From assembly GCA_019694455.1 (NCBI GenBank), contig JAIBBY010000019.1, positions 16,501-80,500 on the forward strand: a stretch of DNA of 64,000 bases, in the 5' to 3' direction. Positions 49,300 to 57,738 of this stretch are shown piece by piece; position 1 is the first letter of the stretch, and each line of letters starts with the position of its first letter. Below the pieces are notes generated by a model. It was not told the DNA's origin, made no database searches, and was given only the letters and a program-made list of their open reading frames with translations. The position numbers were made by a program, and so were the translations under genes. Origin of the DNA: Pirellulales bacterium. GTDB taxonomy: Bacteria > Planctomycetota > Planctomycetia > Pirellulales > JAEUIK01.

Positions 49300-50499
49300 A
49301 TGAAGTACGCGATCATCATTCCCGACGGCTGCGCCGACGAACCGCAGGAATCGCTTGGCGGCAAGACGCCGCTGGAGGCCGCGCGGATACCCGCTATGGA
49401 TGCAATAGCCGCCGCGGGCGTGGTGGGCCGCGCCAACCATGTGCCACCGCACCTACCGGCTGGCTCCGACGTGGCCAACTTAAGTTTGTTGGGTTACGAC
49501 CCGAATCGTTACTTCACCGGCCGCGCGCCGTTGGAGGCCGCGGCCCAAGGCATTGCGCTGGGGCCCGACGATTGGGCCGTGCGCTGCAATCTGGTCACCG
49601 TGCAAGACCAGAAGATGAAGTCTTTTACCGCCGGACAAATCTCCACGGCTGAGGCCACCGAGTTGTTGGCCGCGGCGCAGCAGCGGCTCGGCAATGAGCG
49701 ATTGGAATTTCGTCCCGGAGTAAGCTACCGCAATTTGCTTATCTATCGCGGCAATGGCGCGCCGGCGCCCTTCTCGCCCGACACCCGCACCACGCCGCCG
49801 CACGACTTGACCGACAAATCGGTGCTCGACGACTATCCGCGCGGTCCGGGCAGCGATCTGTTGAATCGCTTGATGAGCGATAGCGTGCCGGTCTTCGCGG
49901 GGCATCCGGTGAACGCCGCGAGGCTGTCGCGGAGCGAATCTCCCGCTACCAACATTTGGCTATGGGGACTTGGCAAGGCGCCGGCGCTGGAACCATTCAG
50001 CCAGGTATACGGCAAGCGCGGCGCCATGCTCACCGCGGTCGACCTGCTGCGCGGCCTGGCCGTGCTGATGGGTTGGGAGAATATCGAGGTCCCAGGCGCC
50101 ACCAGCTATCTCGACACCGACTACACCGAAACCGGTCGTTACGCCATCAACGCGCTCGACCAGACCGACATTGTCTGCGTGCATGTCGAGGCCACCGACG
50201 AGGCGTCGCACGAAGGCAACTGCGCAGCCAAGATCAGCGCGCTGGAGCAGATCGACGAGCAGATCGTAGCGCCGCTGCACGCTGCACTCCAGAAGCGGGG
50301 CGACTATCGTATCCTCGTTTCGCCTGACCACCCCACGCCACTGCGCACCAAGACGCATAGCCACGGCTTTGTGCCACTGGCGGTTTGCGGATCGGGAATC
50401 AAACCAGACTCCGCGCGAACCTACAACGAGAAATCAGCGGGCGAATCGCCGCTTTCTTTCGCTGACGGCTGGAAATCGATGGGCTGGTTTTTGGGCTGA
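49300..50499 (+). CDS. cofactor-independent phosphoglycerate mutase (ApgM, archaeal-type) family protein; candidate alternative homoserine kinase
   Basis: MKYAIIIPDGCADEP and a metalloenzyme-superfamily layout (HVEATDEASHEG, SPDHPTP). The start is 3 nt after the hom stop. See the corresponding finding. Confidence 0.8.
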   Translation: MKYAIIIPDGCADEPQESLGGKTPLEAARIPAMDAIAAAGVVGRANHVPPHLPAGSDVANLSLLGYDPNRYFTGRAPLEAAAQGIALGPDDWAVRCNLVTVQDQKMKSFTAGQISTAEATELLAAAQQRLGNERLEFRPGVSYRNLLIYRGNGAPAPFSPDTRTTPPHDLTDKSVLDDYPRGPGSDLLNRLMSDSVPVFAGHPVNAARLSRSESPATNIWLWGLGKAPALEPFSQVYGKRGAMLTAVDLLRGLAVLMGWENIEVPGATSYLDTDYTETGRYAINALDQTDIVCVHVEATDEASHEGNCAAKISALEQIDEQIVAPLHAALQKRGDYRILVSPDHPTPLRTKTHSHGFVPLAVCGSGIKPDSARTYNEKSAGESPLSFADGWKSMGWFLG

Positions 50500-50547
50500 C
50501 ATGCCGTCAGCGCGCGTCACTCGGAATTGGAGAAATTGAACAACGCC

Positions 50548-52323
50548 ATGCCTCTTATTGTCCAAAAATTCGGTGGCACCAGCGTCGCCGATCCCAGCAA
50601 GATTCTCTCCGCCGCGCGCAAGGCGATTCGAGCCCATCAGGCTGGCAGCCAGGTGGTCGTAGTGGTCAGCGCCATGGGCAAGAACACCGACGCCTTGATC
50701 GCGCTGGCACATGAACTGACCGATCGCCCCTCTGCCCGCGAAATGGACATGCTCCTTTCGACCGGCGAACAAGTGAGCGTGGCCCTGATGGCGATGGCGA
50801 TTCAGTCGCTCGGCAACAAGGCGGTCAGCCTGACGGGCGCCCAAATCGGCATCAAGACCGACAGCACGCACACCAAGGCCCGCATTCGCTCGATCTCCAC
50901 CGAGCGGATGAAGCAATTGCTCGACGCCGGCAACATCGTCATCGCCGCCGGTTTTCAAGGGAGCGATGAAGACTTCAACATCACCACGCTCGGCCGTGGA
51001 GGGAGCGACACCACCGCAGTCGCGCTGGCCGCCGTGCTCAAGGCCGATTCGTGTGAAATCTACACCGACGTTGACGGCGTCTACACCACCGATCCGCGCC
51101 AACTGCCTGAAGCGCGGATGCTGCGGCAAGTGAGCTACGACGAGATGCTGGAGCTTGCCAGCCTCGGCGCCGGTGTGATGCACAGCCGGGCGATCGAGTT
51201 CGGCAAGAAGTTTGGCGTGCCGATCCATGTGCGCAGCAGCTTCACCGATCGCGCCGGCACCATGATCGTGGCCGAGCCGGAATCGCCCGATCTGGCGGTG
51301 AGCGGCGCGGCCTTGGTAAAGAACGAGGCCCTGGTCACCGTGCAAGGCGTGCCCGACCGCCCCGGCACCAGCTATGCCATCTTCTCCAAGATCGCCGCTC
51401 GGGCGGTGGCGGTCGACATGATCGTGCAGAACGTGGGAGTCGGCGGCAAAGCGGACATCAGCTTCACCGTGCCACGCATCGACCTGCCGGCCACGATCGA
51501 GGCGGTGCAAGAGGCGGTGATTGAGTTGGGCGCCGCCGGTTGGACCGAGGACGACAGTGTGTCGAAGTTGTCGGCGGTGGGGCTAGGCATGGCGCGGCAA
51601 ACCGGCGTCGCGCAGCGAATGTTCCGCGCGCTGGCCGAGGCGGGCGTGAACATCAAGATGATCACCACCAGCGAAATCAAAATCTCGGTGCTGGTCGACG
51701 CCGCGCACGGATTGCCAGCGCTGCGCTGCGTGCATCAGAACTTTGAGCTGCAACAAGAATCCAAGCACAGCCGCGCCGGAAAGATCGAGAGCGCCAAGAC
51801 AGTCAACGGCGACGCGCTAGCGGTGATCGCGCGCCTGCAAGGTATGGAAGACCTGGCGATTGGCGACATCACGCTCGACGACTCGCAAGCCCGGGTCACC
51901 ATCGAAGGGGTGCCCGACCAGCCGGGCGTGGCGGCTCGTGTGTTTGAGCGCATTGGCGAAGAGGGGATCTTTGTCGACATGATTGTGCAAGGCTTCGGTC
52001 CTGGTGGCGCCGCGAATCTTAGTTTCTCCGTGCCGCAAGACAGCCTGTCCAAGGCGGTCGACGTGGTGGGGCGCATCGCGCGTGAACTCGGTTGTCGCCA
52101 AGTGACGCAGAGCCCGAAGATCGCCAAACTCTCGGTTTCCGGAATTGGCCTGCGCAGCCATACCGGCGTGGCGATTCGCATGTTTCAGGCGCTCTGCGAG
52201 GCGGGCATCAACGTCGAGATGATCAACACCAGCGAGGTGCGGGTGAATGTTGTTGTCGATGGCGCCAAGGGCCCCGCGGCGCTTGCCGCGCTGCAGCAGG
52301 CGTTTCGGGATGTGCGGCAATAG
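50548..52323 (+). CDS. lysC: aspartate kinase with duplicated ACT regulatory region (about 591 aa)
   Basis: IVQKFGGTSVADP, VVVSAMG and LGRGGSDTTA form the kinase core. Two tandem ACT pairs follow and are visible as internal repeats. Start at the ATG at 50548; the ORF track starts at the TTG at 50527. Confidence 0.9.
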   Translation: MPLIVQKFGGTSVADPSKILSAARKAIRAHQAGSQVVVVVSAMGKNTDALIALAHELTDRPSAREMDMLLSTGEQVSVALMAMAIQSLGNKAVSLTGAQIGIKTDSTHTKARIRSISTERMKQLLDAGNIVIAAGFQGSDEDFNITTLGRGGSDTTAVALAAVLKADSCEIYTDVDGVYTTDPRQLPEARMLRQVSYDEMLELASLGAGVMHSRAIEFGKKFGVPIHVRSSFTDRAGTMIVAEPESPDLAVSGAALVKNEALVTVQGVPDRPGTSYAIFSKIAARAVAVDMIVQNVGVGGKADISFTVPRIDLPATIEAVQEAVIELGAAGWTEDDSVSKLSAVGLGMARQTGVAQRMFRALAEAGVNIKMITTSEIKISVLVDAAHGLPALRCVHQNFELQQESKHSRAGKIESAKTVNGDALAVIARLQGMEDLAIGDITLDDSQARVTIEGVPDQPGVAARVFERIGEEGIFVDMIVQGFGPGGAANLSFSVPQDSLSKAVDVVGRIARELGCRQVTQSPKIAKLSVSGIGLRSHTGVAIRMFQALCEAGINVEMINTSEVRVNVVVDGAKGPAALAALQQAFRDVRQ

Positions 52324-52340
52324 GCGCGATATCAAGTTGT

Positions 52341-52490
52341 CAAATAGCCAAGGGCTGACGCCCCTTGGCTATGTACTTTCCGCCCCGTTGGGGCGGGTTG
52401 GCGATCTTCTCAGCCGCAAAGCGGCGCAAGCGAATTGCGATGGGCGCCAGCCCATCGGATGAATGGCGGAGCGATGCGAATCGCGATGGC
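52341..52490. repeat. REP-like hairpin cluster (family 2) 5' of the Y1 transposase gene
   Basis: Hairpin A is atagccaaggg-N7-cccttggctat (52344-52372). Hairpin B is cgcccc-gtt-ggggcg (52381-52395). Unit C is cagccgcaaagcggcgcaagcgaattgcgatgggcgccagcccatcg (to 52457), with stems gccgc/gcggc and cgatgggc/gcccatcg. A partial extra copy follows. Confidence 0.85.
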
Positions 52491-52525
52491 CCACAATTCC
52501 CTGGACCATGTAGATAGGTTCACCC

Positions 52526-52975
52526 GTGCCGCAATCGTTCGCTTCGCTTCATTGCCACATCGTGTTTAGCACCAAGCACCGGCAGCCGGTGATCGAGCGC
52601 AACGTCCAACCGCGCTTGTTTGAATACATCGGGGGAGTATTGCGCAACGCTTCGTGCCGATTGATCGCCGCCGGCGGAATGCCAGACCATGTGCATCTGC
52701 TGACCTCTTTGAGCCGGACAATCACGGTGGCTGATGCGGTTCGACTCATCAAAGCCAACTCGTCGCGCTGGATGCATGATGAGTTGGCCGTTGACAATTT
52801 TTGGTGGCAGGACGGCTACGGCGCGTTTGCAGTGAGCTATTCCAATATCGAACAGGTAAAGGCGTACCTGGCCAATCAAGAAGCGCATCATCGCACCGCA
52901 ACTTACCAAGAAGAGTTTCGCGACTTCCTGCGGCGGAACGAACTCGAATGGGATGAACGATATGTTTGGGATTGA
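52526..52975 (+). CDS. IS200/IS605-family Y1 (HUH) transposase, REP-associated (RAYT)-like
   Basis: 149 aa. HIVFSTKHRQP, the HUH motif DHVHLL, and the catalytic Tyr region AYLANQEAHH. Confidence 0.9.
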   Translation: MPQSFASLHCHIVFSTKHRQPVIERNVQPRLFEYIGGVLRNASCRLIAAGGMPDHVHLLTSLSRTITVADAVRLIKANSSRWMHDELAVDNFWWQDGYGAFAVSYSNIEQVKAYLANQEAHHRTATYQEEFRDFLRRNELEWDERYVWD

Positions 52976-53002
52976 TTCCAGGACGACTCGTCCCAATCCC
53001 AT

Positions 53003-53207
53003 CAAATAGCCAGGGGCTGACGTCCCTTGGCTATGTACCGGCGCCCCGTTGGGGCGCAAAGAAAGTAGCCGCAAAAAGGCGACAGACAATTGCGATGGAT
53101 GCTGGCCCATCGAACAAATGGATCACAGCACTCCCCTTTGGGGCGGGTTGGCGATCTTCTCAGCCGCAAAGCGGCGCAAGCGAATTGCGATGGGCGTCAG
53201 CCCATCG
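53003..53207. repeat. REP-like hairpin cluster (family 2) 3' of the Y1 transposase gene
   Basis: Hairpin A copy (53006-53034), hairpin B copy (53041-53057), a diverged unit C (53058-53111), and a near-exact B+C copy (about 53133-53207). Confidence 0.85.
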
Positions 53208-53254
53208 AAGAAAATAGCACTCGCGCCGCCAACGGATCAGGACCAAGCTGCCCT

Positions 53255-54919
53255 CTATTCTTGGGCAAACTGCTTCTTCAGCCGCTCGGTGTCGTCAGCG
53301 TCCCAGTCTGGTGGCTGCGTCACTTCGACCCAGGCGTCGATATAGCTCTCCGCCGCGTAGTTATGTCCATAACCAAACGGCACGCTGGTGGCCATTGGCA
53401 GGTCGAATCCGGTCTGCAGGAACGTGACAATCGGAAACCACTGCAAATATGGCGACACGTCGGGCCCGCGCTCGCCCACCAGCCAGGCGGGGCGTCGATA
53501 CAACGACTCGGGCGAGAAGAACGTCATTGGGTCGCTGGCATGCTGGATAAACACAAATCGCATCGGTCCCCAGCGATTGCCAGATTCTTGCAGCGAACAC
53601 TCGCGCCCGGTGAAGCGCAGCATACTGCCATCGCGCACCCGTGGCAGCCACATCGGAGAGTCGGGATTGCGCTCGTGCGTCGTCTTGGACCACACCGAAC
53701 TTGGAAACGGCGGCCCGCTCCATACGCCTCCCTGGATCGGATCCTCGAACACGGTGAACAGGTCGGTGCTGGCGGCCGAACCCAGCGCTCCGAGGCTCAG
53801 GCCATGCACGTACAACTTGGGCCGGCTCTCCTTGGGCAGTTTGGTCCAGTATTCGTAGACTTCATCGAACAATGCAGCGGCCGAATCGCGCGACCGCGCT
53901 GGATCGACGAGAATCGTGATCCAGCTCGGTAGATACGAATACTGCATGCTCACGATCGCCGTATCGCCGCCATGCAGATACTCCAGGGTGTCGACCGCTC
54001 CCGGATCGAGCCAGCCGGTGCCAGTCGGCGTGGCCACCACCAAGAGCGACCGCTGGAAACCGCCCACGCGGACGAGTTCGTTCAGCGCAAGTTTGGCTCT
54101 GTCAGCATTCGTTGATCTTGACCCCAGCCCCACGTACACACGCAGCGGCGCTTGCGCGTCTTTTCCCGAGAACTCGGCGATGCTCTCCCTGGTGGGCCCG
54201 AGAGTGATGAATTGCTTACCCCAGCGTCCGATGGTGTTCCAATCGACCAGCGATTCGGCGCTGCCCGAGGCGGTGGTCAGCCGCGGCTGCTCGACGCCGT
54301 CGTCGATCACCTGATCGAGTTCCGAAAAAACCTTGTCCGCGGCGCCCAGCGCCAATCGAGCGACGACTTTGTTGGCGAGCAAAAACAGCGCCGCGATCAC
54401 CAGCACGGTGCTCACCACCTGCGACACGCGGCGCGGAACCACCTGCTTGATCCGGTTGTTGACTTGCCGCCACATGGCGCCGACGCCGCGCGCGGCGATA
54501 ATCAATGTGACGCCAACCAACAAGGCAATAGCGCCAAGCCGATACGGGTAGGCCGTCTCCACCGGCGGCATCTCCATTCGCTCGCGAATCGAATTCTGCC
54601 ACACCGTCGCCCACCACAAGAACAGCACCGCCACCACCAACACGGCCGCGGTGGTGATGCGCTTGCTGACGCGCTGCGTTCTGGCCCCGAAGTCGGGGAT
54701 CTCCATAAAGTGCCACAGCCATACCACAAACACGCCCACGCCATAACCGGCGGCGAGCGAAACGCCGCACAGCACCCCTTGCACGGCGAAGTGCCTTGGC
54801 AACAGCGAAGGCGTCAGCGAGGCGGCGGCAAACAACGTGGCCAGCGCCAGCCCCACATAGGTGAACGACGCCCAAAGCCGTGCCAGCACATTTTGCAATC
54901 GCATGGTGAGATTCCACAT
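53255..54919 (-). CDS. membrane-anchored alpha/beta-hydrolase family protein (Abhydrolase_9-like)
   Basis: N-terminal polytopic region with the SLTPSLLPRHFAVQG motif, and a C-terminal hydrolase domain with nucleophile elbow HGLSLGALG. Start trimmed to the ATG at 54919 (or 54904), because the track ORF start at 55057 lies inside a REP copy. Confidence 0.7.
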   Translation of the reverse strand: MWNLTMRLQNVLARLWASFTYVGLALATLFAAASLTPSLLPRHFAVQGVLCGVSLAAGYGVGVFVVWLWHFMEIPDFGARTQRVSKRITTAAVLVVAVLFLWWATVWQNSIRERMEMPPVETAYPYRLGAIALLVGVTLIIAARGVGAMWRQVNNRIKQVVPRRVSQVVSTVLVIAALFLLANKVVARLALGAADKVFSELDQVIDDGVEQPRLTTASGSAESLVDWNTIGRWGKQFITLGPTRESIAEFSGKDAQAPLRVYVGLGSRSTNADRAKLALNELVRVGGFQRSLLVVATPTGTGWLDPGAVDTLEYLHGGDTAIVSMQYSYLPSWITILVDPARSRDSAAALFDEVYEYWTKLPKESRPKLYVHGLSLGALGSAASTDLFTVFEDPIQGGVWSGPPFPSSVWSKTTHERNPDSPMWLPRVRDGSMLRFTGRECSLQESGNRWGPMRFVFIQHASDPMTFFSPESLYRRPAWLVGERGPDVSPYLQWFPIVTFLQTGFDLPMATSVPFGYGHNYAAESYIDAWVEVTQPPDWDADDTERLKKQFAQE

Positions 54920-54974
54920 GGGGGGCATTATCGGGCGAATTGCCGGTGTGGGAAGATCTGATTGAAAACTTGCT

Positions 54975-55080
54975 CGCGCCCCGGGGCTATGTTCTGTCGC
55001 CCCATTGAGTCGCCATGTATTTAGCCGTGTACTCAGCCGCAAAGCGGCGCAAGCCAATTGCGATGGGCGCTAGCCCATTG
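54975..55080. repeat. REP-like element (family 2), degenerate A/B part plus unit C
   Basis: ctcagccgcaaagcggcgcaagccaattgcgatgggcgctagcccattg (55032-55080), preceded by degenerate matches to hairpins A and B. Confidence 0.75.
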
Positions 55081-55166
55081 AGATATTTGCAATAGGCGAC
55101 AGCCCACCGACACCGGACTACAATACCCCGGCGCAAACCATTCACACTCATCGGTAGGGGAAACTC

Positions 55167-56963
55167 ATGTTCACACGGTCGCACCTGTCTGGCATTGTTA
55201 TGCTCGCGCTGGGCGGACTCCTGGGGTACATCGCGGCAACCTCCGATCTTGGCCGCGCGCCGGCCGACGCCGCCTTGGCGCCAGCGCCACTCGGCGCTTC
55301 CCCGACCGAGAGCCCAACGCCGGCCTGTTGCCAGATTGGCGCCGAGCGCGGCGACCTGTTGGCCCTGGCCGATGGACGCCGTCGCGGCGCCGTCGGCAAC
55401 AACTCGACCGCCAAGAAGCCAAATATCCTCGTCCTCTTCGGCGACGACATCGGCATCAGCAACATCAGCGCCTATAGCGACGGCCTGATGGGCTACACCA
55501 CGCCCAACATCGATCGGCTGGCCAGAGAAGGCTTGCGCTTTCTCCACTACTACGGCGAACAAAGCTGCACCGCCGGGCGCGCGGCCTTCATCACCGGCCA
55601 GCACGGCATCCGCACCGGCCTTACCAAGGTCGGATTTCCTGGCGCGCCGATGGGCATGAATCAACTCGACCCCACCATCGCCGGCATGCTCAAGCAGTTG
55701 GGCTACCACACCGGCCAGTTTGGCAAGAACCACTTGGGCGACCGCAACGAGACGCTGCCAACCGTCAACGGATTCGACGAATTCTTTGGCAACCTCTATC
55801 ACCTGAACGCCGAGGAAGAGCCGGAGCTGCCCGACTACCCTAACGATCCGGCGTTCAAGGCCAAGTTTGGCCCGCGCGGCGTGCTGAAGTGCGCCGCCAG
55901 CGATCGGGACGATCCCACCGTCGATCCGCGATTTGGCAAAGTGGGCAAACAAGTCATCGAAGACAGCGGCCCCTTGACCAGAAAGCGGATGGAGACGATC
56001 GACGACGAGACCTCCGCCGCCGCCATCGACTACATCAAGCGACAAGCTGCGGACGACAAGCCCTTCTTCTGCTGGTGGAACAGCACCCGCATGCACCTGC
56101 GCACCCATGTGCGGCCGGAGCATCGCGGCAAGTTCCAACATGGCGACAGCGAATACATCGACGGCATGATTGAGCACGACGCGACGGTCGGCGCGATCCT
56201 CAAGACGCTCGACGACCTTGGCATCGCGGACGACACCATCGTCCTTTACACCACCGACAATGGCCCACACGCCAACACCTGGCCTGATGGCGCCACCACC
56301 CCTTTTCGCTCGGAAAAGAACACCAATTGGGAGGGCGCCTTCCGCGTCCCCTGCATCATCCGCTGGCCCGGCGTGGTCAAGCCGTCGATGGTCACCGATC
56401 AAATCATGAGCCACAACGATTGGCTGCCCACCTTCTGCTCGATCGCGGGCGAGCCCGAAATCGTCAGCAAGCTCAAGCAGGGTTACACGGCCAATGGCAA
56501 GGAGTACAAAGTCCACCTGGACGGCTACGACCAAGCGGCGTTTTTGCGCGGTGAGTCACCCACCAGCGCGCGGAGCAAATTCTTCTACTGCGACGACGAC
56601 GGCGATTTGGTCGCGGTGCGCGTGAAGCAGTGGAAGGGGGTTTTTCAGGAACAGCGCGCCCCAGGCACGATGCAAGTCTGGGCAGAGCCCTTCACCAAAC
56701 TGCGGCTGCAGAAGTTCTACAACCTGTTCACCGATCCCTATGAGCGCGCGGACATCACCTCCAACACCTATTGGGACTGGTGGATGAACCACGCGTTTCT
56801 CAGCTACTACGGCATGGACGAGGTGGGCAAGTTCGCGGCGACGCTGAGGGAGTTTCCACCTCGCGCGCTGCCGCAGAGCTTCACTCCGACGGGACTCATG
56901 GAAGAGACCAAGGAGGAGATCAAAGCGGCCCGCCGCGCGGCCGAGCAGGCGGAATCAGAGTGA
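55167..56963 (+). CDS. arylsulfatase (Cys-type, formylglycine-dependent)
   Basis: NILVLFGDDIG, the FGly motif SCTAGRAAFITGQ (C-x-A-x-R), GKNHLGD and YTTDNGP. N-terminal anchor/signal. Confidence 0.9.
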   Translation: MFTRSHLSGIVMLALGGLLGYIAATSDLGRAPADAALAPAPLGASPTESPTPACCQIGAERGDLLALADGRRRGAVGNNSTAKKPNILVLFGDDIGISNISAYSDGLMGYTTPNIDRLAREGLRFLHYYGEQSCTAGRAAFITGQHGIRTGLTKVGFPGAPMGMNQLDPTIAGMLKQLGYHTGQFGKNHLGDRNETLPTVNGFDEFFGNLYHLNAEEEPELPDYPNDPAFKAKFGPRGVLKCAASDRDDPTVDPRFGKVGKQVIEDSGPLTRKRMETIDDETSAAAIDYIKRQAADDKPFFCWWNSTRMHLRTHVRPEHRGKFQHGDSEYIDGMIEHDATVGAILKTLDDLGIADDTIVLYTTDNGPHANTWPDGATTPFRSEKNTNWEGAFRVPCIIRWPGVVKPSMVTDQIMSHNDWLPTFCSIAGEPEIVSKLKQGYTANGKEYKVHLDGYDQAAFLRGESPTSARSKFFYCDDDGDLVAVRVKQWKGVFQEQRAPGTMQVWAEPFTKLRLQKFYNLFTDPYERADITSNTYWDWWMNHAFLSYYGMDEVGKFAATLREFPPRALPQSFTPTGLMEETKEEIKAARRAAEQAESE

Positions 56964-56971
56964 AATCGTGT

Positions 56972-57021
56972 GGTCAGCCGCAACGCGGCGAACGTCCATT
57001 GCGATGGGCGCTAGCCCATTG
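56972..57021. repeat. REP-like element (family 2), unit C copy
   Basis: ggtcagccgcaacgcggcgaacgtccattgcgatgggcgctagcccattg lies between the convergent sulfatase and nuclease-family genes. Confidence 0.75.
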
Positions 57022-57026
57022 ATGTT

Positions 57027-57431
57027 CTACTCTCCCAGCACGTCGTCGAGCACTTCCTCGTTCACGTAGATCGGCAATTGCGGTTCGCAGGTCACGGCCA
57101 CGGCGATCGCGTCGGACGGCCGCGCGTCGATCTCGATCAACTCCCCTTCGTGTCGCAATCGCAGCCGCGCGTAATAGGTGTGCTCCTTGAGCTCGCTAAT
57201 CACCACGTCTTGAAACTCGGCGCCCATCTGCTCGGCCATGTTCACGATCAGGTCGTGCGTCAGCGGCCGCGGCGAGATGAACCCCTTCACCCGCCGGTCG
57301 ATGCTCGTCGCCTCGAAGATGCCGATCAAGATGGGGAACGTCCGCTGTCCTTCCACTTCCTTCAAGTAAATCACCTGCTGGTCGGCGATCTCGCTGATGA
57401 TGATCCGCGACAACTGCATCGGAACAGGCAT
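57027..57431 (-). CDS. bifunctional nuclease (BFN/DUF151) family protein
   Basis: QVIYLKEVEGQRTFPILIGIFEATSIDR...RPLTHDL...ARPSDAIAVAV matches the BFN domain pattern. Confidence 0.8.
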   Translation of the reverse strand: MPVPMQLSRIIISEIADQQVIYLKEVEGQRTFPILIGIFEATSIDRRVKGFISPRPLTHDLIVNMAEQMGAEFQDVVISELKEHTYYARLRLRHEGELIEIDARPSDAIAVAVTCEPQLPIYVNEEVLDDVLGE

Positions 57432-57738
57432 GACGATTCCTTGGGCGAGCGGCTGGCTGCTGTGTTATGGATGTACGACGCGCGGCGCTGGCCCGAGTCG
57501 ACCTTCGCCACGCTGACCGCGCCAGCACGCGTTGGGTCGCGTGGGGCGCGATCGGAGATGATCTTTCGATTATAGAAAGCCGATCGGCGCCAAGGCCAGC
57601 GGCCCGCGAATCTCGGCGAAAACCGAGCGTCCGGCCGGCGCAAATTTGCCCGCTGACGCGCTTGACAAACGCCACGCCATGCTGGCGGCTTTGTTACAAT
57701 CGCAGCGTCGTTTACCCCGCTATCGCGCGAGATCCGCC

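Larger units (their letters stand above)
52341..53038 (+). mobile_element. IS200-like / RAYT unit (tnpA bounded by near-identical subterminal hairpins in direct orientation, about 698 bp)
   Basis: The 36-nt hairpin-A segment caaatagcca(a/g)gggctgacg(c/t)cccttggctatgtac occurs at 52341-52376 and at 53003-38 on the same strand, flanking the tnpA. The size matches that of IS200-type elements. Confidence 0.6.

Noticed and set aside
50434-56534. Minus-strand ORFs of 358 aa (50434-51510) and 515 aa (54987-56534) opposite lysC and the sulfatase, plus plus-strand ORFs inside the hydrolase gene (53090-53932, 54152-54961).
   Set aside because: They lie opposite or out of frame to genes with clear catalytic motifs, and their composition is Arg/His/Gly-rich and nonsense-like.
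57661-57700. TTGACA (57662-57667) and TACAAT (57695-57700) upstream of the crotonase gene, which look like a sigma-70 promoter.
   Set aside because: The spacer is 27 nt, not 16-18 nt. An extended -10 (TGtTACAAT, 57692-57700) remains possible, but promoter rules for this lineage are uncertain, so it is not reported as a feature.
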